Position numbers and translations under genes: made by a program. From NCBI GenBank assembly GCA_965651325.1, contig CBFGSB010000001.1, forward strand, positions 1,138 to 65,137: a stretch of 64,000 nt of DNA, written 5' to 3'. Shown piece after piece: positions 8,821 to 20,388 of this stretch. Within the stretch, counting starts at the first letter, position 1. Every line of letters starts with the position of its first letter. The DNA is from an uncultured Chromatiales bacterium. Its GTDB lineage: Bacteria; Pseudomonadota; Gammaproteobacteria; Steroidobacterales; Woeseiaceae. Below the pieces are notes generated by a model that was given only the letters and a program-made list of their open reading frames with translations, was not told the DNA's origin and ran no database searches.

Positions 8821-10442
8821 CGCGCGTTGCCCGACACTGCGGGCTCGCCGTTTGCCCGAAGCGATATCGCGGCCCTGGCATTGCGCGCAATACGCGCTCC
8901 TGCGCGGTGCTGGCGCTTCTTCTTGCCGGCTGTGCGGGCGCGCCGCCGCCGCAAACGACGGCCGCGTACGACCAGGCGTTCGACGCCGCGATGGAGCGCT
9001 ACCACCTGCCCGGCCTGGCGCTTGGGGTGATCGAGGACGGGCGCGTCGTCTACACGCGGACCGCGGGCGAGCTCATCGCGGGCGGCGGCGACATGGTCGA
9101 CCGGCAGACGCTGTTCAAGATCGCATCGAACAGCAAGGCCATGACCGCCAGCGTGCTCGCGCGGCTGGTCGATGCCGGCCGGCTGCGCTGGGACGATCCG
9201 GTCATCCGCCACCTGCCGCGATTCCGCATGCACGATCCCTGGGTTACTGAGCACATGCAGGTTCGCGACCTGCTGGTGCACAACAGCGGACTGCCGGCGG
9301 GCGCCGGCGACCTCATGCTGTGGCCGGAGCCGAACCACTTCACGCGCGGCGACATCATTGCCGGGCTCGCGTACCTCGAGCCCGAGTACGGGTTTCGTTC
9401 GGGCTATGCCTACGACAACCTCTTGTACGTTGTCGCGGGCGAGGTAGCAGCCGCGGCCGGCGGTGCGCCCTACGAGGAACTCGTGCGGCGGGAGGTGTTC
9501 GAGCCGCTGGGGCTCGACTGTATCGTCGGTGAGTGGCGGAGCAGCGATGTCGACAACGTCGCGCAGCCTCACCGGCGGGTTGGCGATCGCAACGTCGTGG
9601 TGCGCGCCGACGGTGAGGTCGTCCCCGCGATCACGTCGGCCGCGGCGGGAGGCATACGCTGCAACCTGGAGGCGATGCTCACCTGGGCGTTGAATTGGCT
9701 CGCACCGACTCCCGAACAGCTCGCATGGCTGTCTCCCGGGCAGCGTCGCGCGATGTGGGCAGCGCGCACGCCGATGCCGATTTCAGAACGCCGCCGCGCC
9801 TGGAACGACACGCACTACTACGCCTATGCCTTCGGCTTCCGGCTGGCGGACGTCGACGGCGCCTGGACCGTCTCGCACACCGGCTCGCTGATGGGCATGT
9901 ACTCCGCCATGACGCTGCTGCCGGACGAGAACAGCGGCTTCGTGCTGATGACCAATGGCGCCGGCAGCGAAGCACGGACCGTGCTGAACGAGGTGCTCAT
10001 AAAGCAGTTTACCGCGCCGGAGCAGCGCCGGACCGTCGACTGGTACGCCGACGAGCTTGCGCGCGCCCGCGATTCCGCCGTTGCAGGCGGCAGCGAACCC
10101 GACACGTCGATACGCATGCCGGCACAGCCGGACCGCCTGGCGCCCGGCACGGGCCAATGGCGCGACCCCTGGTTCGGCGACGTCTCGATCTGCGCGTACA
10201 ACGGGACGATCCGCTTCCGTTCCGCGAAATCGCCGCTGCTCACCGGCACCGTCATGCGCGTTGGCAATCGCTATCTCGTCGACTGGGATGACGAGAGCGT
10301 CTCGGCCGAAGCCTGGCTGGACTTTTCCGCCGGTGACACCGCCGACGCGCCGCGCCTGAGAATGGCCAAGGTGGACCCGCGGGCGGACTTCAGCTTCGAC
10401 TACGAGGACCTGGACTTCAGGCGGATGGGCGATTGTGAATAG
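8787..10442 (+). CDS. Beta-lactamase-fold serine hydrolase (lipoprotein) with C-terminal DUF3471-like domain
   Basis: SxxK motif in LFKIASNSKAMTASVLARLV. Lipobox LALLLAGCAG. C-terminal WRDPWFGDVSICAYNGTIRFRSAKSPLLTG...YLVDWDD resembles DUF3471. Start uncertain: ATG 8787 overlaps lysA by 34 nt. Confidence 0.8.
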   Translation: MAGTYPAAARIARVARHCGLAVCPKRYRGPGIARNTRSCAVLALLLAGCAGAPPPQTTAAYDQAFDAAMERYHLPGLALGVIEDGRVVYTRTAGELIAGGGDMVDRQTLFKIASNSKAMTASVLARLVDAGRLRWDDPVIRHLPRFRMHDPWVTEHMQVRDLLVHNSGLPAGAGDLMLWPEPNHFTRGDIIAGLAYLEPEYGFRSGYAYDNLLYVVAGEVAAAAGGAPYEELVRREVFEPLGLDCIVGEWRSSDVDNVAQPHRRVGDRNVVVRADGEVVPAITSAAAGGIRCNLEAMLTWALNWLAPTPEQLAWLSPGQRRAMWAARTPMPISERRRAWNDTHYYAYAFGFRLADVDGAWTVSHTGSLMGMYSAMTLLPDENSGFVLMTNGAGSEARTVLNEVLIKQFTAPEQRRTVDWYADELARARDSAVAGGSEPDTSIRMPAQPDRLAPGTGQWRDPWFGDVSICAYNGTIRFRSAKSPLLTGTVMRVGNRYLVDWDDESVSAEAWLDFSAGDTADAPRLRMAKVDPRADFSFDYEDLDFRRMGDCE

Positions 10443-11469
10443 GGCGACGCTGTTTTTGCTGCTCCTCGCGGGCTGCGCCTCTTCGACCCCCGGCGCGGAA
10501 CAGTTGGACGCACTGATGCGAGCGTACGACGGCGAGGTTCCCGGCGCCTCCGTGCTGGTGCTGCAGGACGGAGAGCCGATCGTGCGGCAAAGCTACGGCC
10601 TCGCCGATCTCGAGCATGGCCTTGCCGCGACACCGGAAACGAACTATCGCCTCGCCTCGATCACCAAGCAATTCACCGCCGCCGCCATCCTGCTGCTCGC
10701 CGAGGACGGCAAGCTCGATCTCGACGACCGCGCCCGGGAATGGCTGCCGTCGCTGCCGGAAAGCCATGACTCGATTACGCTCCGGCACCTGCTGACGCAT
10801 ACGAGCGGGCTCACCGACTACGAGGAGCTCATGCCCGCGGACCTCGGGAAGCCGCTGCGCGACGCCGACGTGCTCAAGCTGCAGGAAGGTGAGCCGCGCC
10901 TGTACTTCGAGCCGGGCACGGACTGGAGCTACAGCAACGGCGGCTATGCCCTGCTCGCGCTGATTGTCGAGCGTGCCTCGGCCTCGAGCTTCCCCGAGTT
11001 CCTGCGGCAGCGGATATTCCTGCCGCTCGGCATGACGAACACGCTCGCCTACGTCGAGGAAGGACCACCGGTGCCCCACCGCGCCTACGGCTACAGCCGC
11101 GTCGACGGCGAATGGGCGCGCACGGACCAGAGCCTGACCAGCTCGGTGCTGGGCGACGGCGGCATCTACTCGTCGATCGCGGACCTCGCGAAGTGGGACG
11201 CGGCACTCTACGACGACCGGCTGCTGTCCGACGAGTCGCGCCGGCTCGCGTTCACGCCCTGGGTGAAAAGCGCTGACCCGGAGGTGGATTACGGCTACGG
11301 CTGGCGCATCACCGGCGACACCCTGTGGCACTCCGGCGAGACTATCGGCTTCCGCAATGTCATCGTGCGCTGGCCCGAACGGCGCCTGACCGTGATCGTC
11401 CTCACCAACCGCAACGACCCCGAGCCCTACGCGCTCGCCTTGAAAATCGCCAAAGCGCACCGACTTTGA
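10435..11469 (+). CDS. Beta-lactamase-fold serine hydrolase (lipoprotein)
   Basis: GTG start overlapping the upstream stop by 8 nt. Lipobox LLLLAGCAS. SxxK in YRLASITKQFTAAAILLL. YSN-like SYSNGGY motif. Confidence 0.85.
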   Translation: MNRATLFLLLLAGCASSTPGAEQLDALMRAYDGEVPGASVLVLQDGEPIVRQSYGLADLEHGLAATPETNYRLASITKQFTAAAILLLAEDGKLDLDDRAREWLPSLPESHDSITLRHLLTHTSGLTDYEELMPADLGKPLRDADVLKLQEGEPRLYFEPGTDWSYSNGGYALLALIVERASASSFPEFLRQRIFLPLGMTNTLAYVEEGPPVPHRAYGYSRVDGEWARTDQSLTSSVLGDGGIYSSIADLAKWDAALYDDRLLSDESRRLAFTPWVKSADPEVDYGYGWRITGDTLWHSGETIGFRNVIVRWPERRLTVIVLTNRNDPEPYALALKIAKAHRL

Positions 11470-11562
11470 CAGCAGGCGCGATTTCCGCGCGAGGCCGGCA
11501 CGGTGCTTGCATCGGCTACACTCTAACGAAGAGCTACCCAGCCGGCCAAAGAGGAGGAAGCC

Positions 11563-11974
11563 GTGGCAATTCGATCCGTTCGGTCGATTCATTTGATGTG
11601 GAGCGAGGCGTGTGACGCGATGGACCGCGCGGACCGGCTGCACCGGCAGTTTTTCCGGCTGGGCCAGGTCGGGCGCATGCCGGCCTGGGAACCGCCGGTC
11701 GATCTTTTCGAGGGAGACGGCGAGCTCCTGGTCCGCATCGCCCTGCCGGACGTCGATCCCGGCGACTTCAAGCTGACTCTCATGGACAGCAACCTGCTCC
11801 TGGCCGGGCGGCGCCGGCTGCCTCCGGAGGCGGCCCGCTGGACGATTCACCAGCTCGAGATCCCGTACGGGCGCCTCGAGCGCCGCGTGCCCCTGCCCTC
11901 GGGGCAATACAGGATTGCGGCTCACCGATACCTGAACGGCTGCCTCGAGATCCAGCTTGAGAGGAAGACGCGCG

Positions 11975-11982
<8 letters not shown>
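11563..11982 (+). CDS. Hsp20/alpha-crystallin family small heat-shock protein
   Basis: Alpha-crystallin-domain pattern PPVDLFEGDGELLVRIALPDVDPGDFKLTL...LEIPYGRLERRVPLP...NGCLEIQLER. Strong SD AGAGGAGGA 6 nt upstream of the GTG. Confidence 0.75.
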
Positions 11983-14356
<2,374 letters not shown>

Positions 14357-14497
14357 CGCGCGTTGCGGCAGCGTCCATCGCCATTGGTCGCCGTTTCGCC
14401 CGAACGCGATCGTTTCGTGGATTCTCCGCGAGCTTCCAGTTCCGGAAGACGGCGGAGCCACAGCCACGTACCGTGGGTCGGCTGGCAAGCCGGCCAA

Positions 14498-14519
14498 AGG
14501 CGCTTCCGCGGAAGCGCCT
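14498..14519. terminator. Perfect 22-bp palindrome between convergent lon and the CMD-family gene (bidirectional terminator candidate)
   Basis: AGGCGCTTCCGCGGAAGCGCCT equals its own reverse complement. It lies in the 172-nt convergent gap. Confidence 0.5.
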
Positions 14520-14528
14520 GCGAAGGCG

Positions 14529-15137
14529 TTACGCCGGCAGCTTCTCGGGCTCCGCGGTGCCGATCGGACGCCCCGTGACCAGCGTTTCCTGCAACGCCGC
14601 GCCGAGGGCGCTAAGGGGCTTTTCCGGCTCCATGCCGAGCCCGTCCAGCAGCTTCGTGAAGAACGCGCGGCCCGCCGCGCTCGCGGCGACGTCGAAGATG
14701 TCCGCGTCGTCGAGGCCGTGCCGGCGCAGCACGTCAACGTCGGCGGCCGTCACGCTGGCGGCATCGAGCGCCACCTTGCGCGCGAACTCCGCGATCGCGA
14801 GCTCGGCTTCGGACAACGGCTCCAGGCGCTCGCCGCGCGCGAGCGCGCACACGGCGTCTTCGCCGACGAAATCCGCCAGTGCCTTGCCGTGTGCCAGCGC
14901 ACAAGCGGTGTGCCGCAACGCGTGCGCCGCCGCGAACGTGGCGAGCTCGAAGCGCCGATCGTCCATCGGCCGGCGGATCTCCGCGAGCAGCCGCGCCCAA
15001 CGCGCCAGGACTTCCGGGCGGTGGCTGAACACCTTGGCGTAGGTCGGCACGTAGCCCCAGAAATCCTGCTGCCGTTCGTACATCGCCCGCACCTCGCCTT
15101 CGGCGGCTGCGGGCGCAATCGTGTCGATGAAAGCCAT
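14529..15137 (-). CDS. Carboxymuconolactone decarboxylase (AhpD-like) family protein, peroxidase-related
   Basis: MAFIDTIAPAAAEGEVRAMYERQQ...ELATFAAAHALRHTACALAHGKAL...LSEAELAIAEFARKVALDAASVTAADVDVLRRHGLDDADIFD fits the CMD fold pattern. The track ORF (to 15488) is over-extended; ATG at 15137 is taken as the start. Confidence 0.75.
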   Translation of the reverse strand: MAFIDTIAPAAAEGEVRAMYERQQDFWGYVPTYAKVFSHRPEVLARWARLLAEIRRPMDDRRFELATFAAAHALRHTACALAHGKALADFVGEDAVCALARGERLEPLSEAELAIAEFARKVALDAASVTAADVDVLRRHGLDDADIFDVAASAAGRAFFTKLLDGLGMEPEKPLSALGAALQETLVTGRPIGTAEPEKLPA

Positions 15138-15147
15138 GGCGGAGTGC

Positions 15148-16641
15148 CTATGCCGACTTGCGTGGCTGCAGCCACTTCGGAAACAAGGTGTAAGGATCCA
15201 GCTCGACGCTCTCGTCCCAGGCAATGCCGCACTGCCTGAGGCGCGCCTGCAGCTTGCCTTCGCGCATGGCATCGAACAGCTCCGTGCAGCCTCCGATGTG
15301 CTCACCGCCGACGAAGATCTGCGGGATCGTGCCGACACCCAGGCGCGCCAGCAGCACGGCGCGGATCTTCCCGCCCCTGTCATTTTGCTGGTAAGTGACC
15401 GAGTCGAGATCCACGCTTCGGTACTCGATACCAAGCCGCGCGAACAGCTTGCGCACCGACCAGCAGAACTCGCACCACTCCAGCGCAAACAGCACGACCG
15501 GCTCGTCCGCGAGCACGGCGCTCACGAAGCGCTCGGCCTCGGGATCGAGCGCGGGCGGCTCCTGCTTCGCCGGCGCCGCGGGGGGCGGCATGGCCGTGAC
15601 GTCGAAGCGCGCGCTGGGGGTGGAGCGCGAAATCGCGAGCTCCTCGTCGGTCATCTCCTCGCCGATGTGCTCGAACAGCGGCGTCGTGAGGTAGCGCTCG
15701 CCGGTATCCGGCAGCATGCACACGATGTTGGTGCCCGGCGCGGTGCGCGCGGCGACCTGCAGCGCGGCGGCCAGCGTGCCGCCGCTGGAGGTGCCGACGA
15801 AGATGCCTTCCCGCTGCGCGAGCTCGCGCGACAGCCGCATCGCGTCGTCCCCGGCCACCGGCACGATCTCGTCGACCAGCCCCTGCTCGACGGCCTGGCC
15901 GGTCAGGGCCGAGATGAAATCGGGGCTCCAGCCCTGCATCAGGTGCGGCCGGAAGTTCGGGTGGCTGACGTAGCCCGACCCGTTCGTGCCGCGCGGCTGC
16001 GGGATGCCGCTGCCGAGCACCTGCGCGTTGTCCGGCTCCGCTGCCACGATGCGCGTATCCGGGCTGAGCTCCCGGAAAGCGCGCGATACGCCAAGCAGCG
16101 TGCCGCCCGTGCCGAAGCCCGTCACGAAGTAGTGCAGCGGCTCCGCGCCGAAATCGGCGAGGATTTCCGGGGCCGTGGTGCGCGTGTGCACTTCCGCGTT
16201 CGCTTCGTTCTCGAACTGGCGGCACAGGAACCAGCCGTGCTTCCCGGCGAGCTCGACCGCCTTCTTCAGCATCCCGGTGCCCTTTTCCGCGGCCGGCGTC
16301 AGCACCACTTTCGCGCCGAGATAACGCAGCATCTTGCGCCGCTCGATGCTGAAGTTCTCCGCCATGACGACCACCAGCGGATACCCCTTCGCGGCGCACA
16401 CCATCGCGAGCCCGATGCCGGTATTGCCGCTGGTCGCCTCGATCACGGTCTGCCCGGGCTTGAGCGTGCCGCGCCGCTCCGCGTCGTCGATGATCGAGCG
16501 GGCCATGCGGTCCTTGACCGACCCCATCGGGTTGAACGCTTCGATCTTCACGTACAGGTTGACGCCCGCGGGCGCCAGCTTTTGCAGCCTGACGAGCGGG
16601 GTGTGGCCGATGGTATCCAGAATGCTGTCGTAGCGGGCCAT
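15148..16641 (-). CDS. Cysteine synthase (CysK/CysM-type PLP enzyme) fused to a C-terminal glutaredoxin-like domain
   Basis: N-terminal IGHTPLVRL, NPMGSVKDR (PLP Lys), SGNTGIGLA. After a Pro/Ala linker comes VVLFALEWCEFCWSVRKLFARLGIEYRSVDLD...TIPQIFVGGEHIGGCTEL (CxxC thioredoxin-fold/Grx signature). Start taken at MARYDSIL (16641). Confidence 0.85.
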   Translation of the reverse strand: MARYDSILDTIGHTPLVRLQKLAPAGVNLYVKIEAFNPMGSVKDRMARSIIDDAERRGTLKPGQTVIEATSGNTGIGLAMVCAAKGYPLVVVMAENFSIERRKMLRYLGAKVVLTPAAEKGTGMLKKAVELAGKHGWFLCRQFENEANAEVHTRTTAPEILADFGAEPLHYFVTGFGTGGTLLGVSRAFRELSPDTRIVAAEPDNAQVLGSGIPQPRGTNGSGYVSHPNFRPHLMQGWSPDFISALTGQAVEQGLVDEIVPVAGDDAMRLSRELAQREGIFVGTSSGGTLAAALQVAARTAPGTNIVCMLPDTGERYLTTPLFEHIGEEMTDEELAISRSTPSARFDVTAMPPPAAPAKQEPPALDPEAERFVSAVLADEPVVLFALEWCEFCWSVRKLFARLGIEYRSVDLDSVTYQQNDRGGKIRAVLLARLGVGTIPQIFVGGEHIGGCTELFDAMREGKLQARLRQCGIAWDESVELDPYTLFPKWLQPRKSA

Positions 16642-16768
16642 GGGAATCTCCTGGGCGGTCGCGGTGCAGTCCACAGGCTGCGCGCGCACCGGTGGAGCGA
16701 ACGTTGGAACAGGCGTGGTATTTCCGGTCGGAAGGCGATTCCGCGAGCGGTGCCCGCCGACGGCTATT

Positions 16769-16798
16769 CTTGTGATTTCCGCGCCCGCGGCTCTATAG
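16769..16798 (+). promoter_or_regulatory. Candidate sigma70-type promoter for the STAND regulator gene
   Basis: TTGTGA (16769-16774), 18-nt spacer, TATAGT (16793-16798), about 33 nt upstream of the ATG at 16831. Pattern match only. Confidence 0.3.
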
Positions 16799-16830
16799 TC
16801 ATCGCTTTAGCGGCCAATTACGTGATTCCT

Positions 16831-19800
16831 ATGGGCGGGCTGGACCTGAGATTCCTGGGCGACTTCAGGGTCATCCGGGACGGGCACACCGTGCCCTTGC
16901 CGCCATCACGCAAAACCCGGGCGCTACTCGCGTGGCTGTGCCTCCAGGACCGGCCATTCCGCCGCGAGCAGCTCTGCGACCTGCTGTGGGAAATCCCGGA
17001 CGACCCGCGCGGCTCCCTGCGCTGGAGCCTGTCCAAGCTGCGCCGGCTGCTGGACACGCCCGATCGGCAGCGCGTGCTCGCGGACCGGTCGAGTGTACGA
17101 TTCGATGCCTCGGACATCGCGATCGACGTGCGCGAGCTGCACGCGCTGGCGCAGGACGGCCTGAAGGACGCGACCGCCGACGCCCTGGAAGCAGCGGCCG
17201 CGCGCTTCCGCGGAACCTTCCTCGAAGACCTCGAGTTTTCCAACTTCCACACCTTCCATGCCTGGTGCATCGCCGAGCGCGAGCAGGCCGCGAGGTCGCA
17301 AGCAAAGGTGCTGCACGAGCTGGTGAAGCGGCTGGAGCACTTGCCGGAGCGTGCCCTACCGCACGCGCGCGCGCTCGTCATCATTGCGCCGTATGACGAA
17401 CCGTCGCGAGCCATGCTGATTCGCCTGTTGCACGCGTCGCGGCACGTGGACGAAGCGAACCAGCAATTCCAGCTCGGCATGCGCCTGCTGAAGGAAGCCG
17501 GCATCACGTCCACCGGCGCGCTGCAGCGCGCGCTGCGCGGCGGCGTCGCGGCCCCGCCGGTGCCGGAGCTGCCGGTGTCGACGGTGCCGGTCGCCGTTCC
17601 ACCGACGGCGGGCGGAGCGGCGCTGGCGGGCGGAGGGGCGACGGCCTGCGCCGCGCCCGAGCTCGTCGGGCGCGACTGCGAGCAGCAGCAGCTTGCGGAC
17701 ACCTTCGCCCGGGTCGCCCGGCAGCATGCAGCGGAGGCGCTGCTGTTGCTCGGCGAGCCGGGCATCGGCAAAACACGCCTGCTGGGATGTGCCCGCCGGC
17801 TGGCACTCGAGCACGGCGTGCGCACGCTGGAAGCGAGCGCTTTCGAAGCGGAAGCCATCCGGCCTTTCGCCCTCTGGATGGACGCACTGCGCGTTGCCGA
17901 TCCCGCGGCCGCGGCGCGCCTGTTCGGCGGCCGCGAGATCGAAAACCGGGACCGGCTGTTTTCCGGGTTGAGCGAATGGATTGCCGGACAAGCGGAAGCC
18001 GCCCCCGTGGTGCTCATGTTCGACGACCTGCAGTGGTGCGACGAGTCGAGCGCGGCCGCGCTCCATTACGTCGCGCGCACCAACCGAAGCCGGCCCTTGC
18101 TGGCCGTGCTTGCGGCCCGCGCCGGCGATTTCCAGGACAACGTGCCGCTGCAGCAGGCGTTACGCGGCCTGCGCCATGCCGGCCTCCTGCGCGAGGTCAA
18201 TCTAAGCGCACTGCCCTGCGAAGCGGCCGCCAGGCTGATCGCGCAGCATTCGCCCGGCGCGGACTGCGCTCGCCTGGGCCGCGAATGCGGTGGCAATCCA
18301 CTGCTCGCCATCGAGCTGGCGCGAGCGGAGCAGGACGGTGCCGGCAGCGGCTCGCTGGACCAACTCGTACGCGAGCGGGTCGCGCGCCTCGGCGTGAACG
18401 GCGCGGACATCCTGCGCTGGGCAGCGGTGCTGAATCCGCGCATCGACGTCCCGACGCTCGCGCACCTGACCGGGCTGGGATCCGCCGAGATAGCCGCCGC
18501 CCTGGAGCAGGCGGCGCGCCAGGCAATCGTCTGCACGGACGCCAGCGGCATCCGCTTCTCGCACGACCTGGTCGCGCGGGCCGTTTACACGGGTATTTCA
18601 CCGGTCCGGCGGCAGGTCATGCACCGGCTCGTCGCCGAAATGCTGGAAGCGGAGGCCACGCCCGAGCTTACGCGCGCGGCCGACCTGGCGCACCACGCGG
18701 CGCACAGCGGCGATCCCGGGCTTGCGGCGAAAGCGATGGTGTCGGCGGGCCAGCTCTGCCTGCGCTTTTTCGCCAACGACGAAGCCATGTCGCTCGCGCG
18801 CAAAGGCCTGCAGCTCGCGGACCGGCTCCCGGCGGCGGAGCGCACCTGCCTGCAAATCGACCTGCACGGGATCCTGGTATCGGCGGCGCCGGTCGACGAT
18901 TGGGAAGAGGCGGCCGCGCATTACGCCGCCCTCGCCGAGGAAGCGCTCGAGCACGGCGCACTCGCGCACGCGCGTCGGGGTTACACCATGGCCGCGTGGC
19001 TGCGCTGGCAGCACGGCCACTGGAACGCCGCACGGGAGCAGAGCCTGCAGTCGGAGCGTGCCGCCCGCGGGGCCAGCGACGAGGACCAGATCATCGGCAT
19101 GGCGGAGACTGCGCGGTGCCTGGTCCTGCTCGAACGCGATGTGGCACAGGCCGATGCAATGCTGATGGAGGCGCAGGCGCGCGCCCGGCGTGCGGGCTTT
19201 CGCTACCACGCGATCCCCGGCGCGCTCGGCATGTTGCGCTTCTACGAGAACCGGCTGGACGAAGCAGAGGAGCTGTTGAAGGACGCGCGCACGCTGTGCA
19301 AGAGCGCCGGCGACCGCTTCAGTGAGTACCAGGCCAACGAATACCTGGTGATGATCGCGATCCAGCGCGGGCAGTTTGCCGAAGCGAAACACCGCTGCCG
19401 GGACCTCCTGGACATCGGCCGGCGCCTGCGCGAAGGCAGCGAAGCGCCGTTTGCCGCCGCGGTACACGCCCTGTGCGTGTACGCGCTCGAAGACGCGGAT
19501 GCGGACTTCGATGCGGCGTTGCAGGACCTCCGGATTGCCGATGCGAAGCATCGCCTGGCCTATGTGCTCACCCGGGCCGCCCTCCTCGATTACGAACGCG
19601 GGCGTACGGCCAAAGCCGTCGCCCGGGCCTCGGAGGCGCTCGAGCACGCCAGGGCGCTGCAGCGCGGCTCGGAAATGCTGCTCGCGCATGTCGTCCTCGG
19701 CCTCGGCTGCGAGGCCTCCGGCCGCGCTGCCGAGGCCAGGCAGCACCTGTCGCGAATCGCGGCGCTGGAAAGCGCGGGCGTAGCCGTGTGGGCCAGCGGT

Positions 19801-19842
19801 ATGGCGGCGATACTTGCCCGGGGAGGCCGCAAAGCGTCGTGA
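16831..19842 (+). CDS. Large SARP/AfsR-like regulator: winged-helix/BTAD N-terminus, STAND (AAA_16-type) ATPase, TPR-like C-terminus
   Basis: N-terminus LRFLGDFRVIRDGHTVPLPPSRKTRALLAWL...DDPRGSLRWSLSKLRRLL. Walker A LGEPGIGKTRLL, Walker B VVLMFDDLQWCDESS. About 450 aa of helical repeats follow. The upstream part of the 1573-aa track ORF is antisense to cysK-grx and was discarded. Confidence 0.8.
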   Translation: MGGLDLRFLGDFRVIRDGHTVPLPPSRKTRALLAWLCLQDRPFRREQLCDLLWEIPDDPRGSLRWSLSKLRRLLDTPDRQRVLADRSSVRFDASDIAIDVRELHALAQDGLKDATADALEAAAARFRGTFLEDLEFSNFHTFHAWCIAEREQAARSQAKVLHELVKRLEHLPERALPHARALVIIAPYDEPSRAMLIRLLHASRHVDEANQQFQLGMRLLKEAGITSTGALQRALRGGVAAPPVPELPVSTVPVAVPPTAGGAALAGGGATACAAPELVGRDCEQQQLADTFARVARQHAAEALLLLGEPGIGKTRLLGCARRLALEHGVRTLEASAFEAEAIRPFALWMDALRVADPAAAARLFGGREIENRDRLFSGLSEWIAGQAEAAPVVLMFDDLQWCDESSAAALHYVARTNRSRPLLAVLAARAGDFQDNVPLQQALRGLRHAGLLREVNLSALPCEAAARLIAQHSPGADCARLGRECGGNPLLAIELARAEQDGAGSGSLDQLVRERVARLGVNGADILRWAAVLNPRIDVPTLAHLTGLGSAEIAAALEQAARQAIVCTDASGIRFSHDLVARAVYTGISPVRRQVMHRLVAEMLEAEATPELTRAADLAHHAAHSGDPGLAAKAMVSAGQLCLRFFANDEAMSLARKGLQLADRLPAAERTCLQIDLHGILVSAAPVDDWEEAAAHYAALAEEALEHGALAHARRGYTMAAWLRWQHGHWNAAREQSLQSERAARGASDEDQIIGMAETARCLVLLERDVAQADAMLMEAQARARRAGFRYHAIPGALGMLRFYENRLDEAEELLKDARTLCKSAGDRFSEYQANEYLVMIAIQRGQFAEAKHRCRDLLDIGRRLREGSEAPFAAAVHALCVYALEDADADFDAALQDLRIADAKHRLAYVLTRAALLDYERGRTAKAVARASEALEHARALQRGSEMLLAHVVLGLGCEASGRAAEARQHLSRIAALESAGVAVWASGMAAILARGGRKAS

Positions 19843-19847
19843 CCGAC

Positions 19848-20372
19848 ATGTTCCTCGAACGCTGCTTCGACCCCGCGATCACGCCGGACGACGTGTTCGC
19901 GATGGGCGCCGAGGGTGCCGGGTGCTTCGGCCTCTACGGCATCGACTGGCACGGCAGCCTGCTCGCCGCCGACGGTGGCCGCATGCTGTGCCATTTCGAA
20001 GGGCCGGACGCGGAGTCGGTGCGCGTCGCACTGCGGCAGCTCGGTGTGACGGATGAAGGCCTGTGGCCCGGCACGGCGCACACGGCACCGGGTACCACCC
20101 CCGCGGAGCAGGCAGGGGCGAACGTGCTGGTCGCGCGGGCCTTCGAAGCGCCCGTCGCACTGGAAGACGTGCAGCGCGCCGAGGACGCCAACGCGTGGTG
20201 CCTGGAGGCCCACAACGTGAACTGGGTGCGCACCTATTTCTCCAGGGATCGGAAACGCATGATGTGCGTGTATCGTGCGCCCGACGCCGAGGCAGTGCGG
20301 CGTGCGCAGCAGGGCGCCGGCCTCCCGTTCGAAGCGGTATGGGCGATCACGCCGATCCACCCGCCGGGTTGA
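19848..20372 (+). CDS. Tandem double DUF4242 (SCO4226-like) protein
   Basis: Two halves each end in the family-like block: RMLCHFEGPDAESVRVALRQLGV and RMMCVYRAPDAEAVRRAQQGAGLPFEAVWAI. ATG lies 5 nt after the regulator stop. Confidence 0.6.
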   Translation: MFLERCFDPAITPDDVFAMGAEGAGCFGLYGIDWHGSLLAADGGRMLCHFEGPDAESVRVALRQLGVTDEGLWPGTAHTAPGTTPAEQAGANVLVARAFEAPVALEDVQRAEDANAWCLEAHNVNWVRTYFSRDRKRMMCVYRAPDAEAVRRAQQGAGLPFEAVWAITPIHPPG

Positions 20373-20388
20373 GGGAGCCATTGGAGCC

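Noticed and set aside
11470-11562. Sigma32 heat-shock promoter upstream of hsp20-lon
   Set aside because: Only a weak CTTGCA...CTCTAACG resemblance to CTTGAAA-N13-15-CCCCATNT. That is not convincing enough to annotate.
15121-16830. Upstream 570 codons of the 1573-aa plus-strand ORF (15121..19842)
   Set aside because: This part is antisense to the well-supported cysteine synthase-glutaredoxin gene. Its translation is Arg/Ala/Gly/Leu-rich with no motif. The recognisable regulator begins at MGGLDLRFLG (16831).
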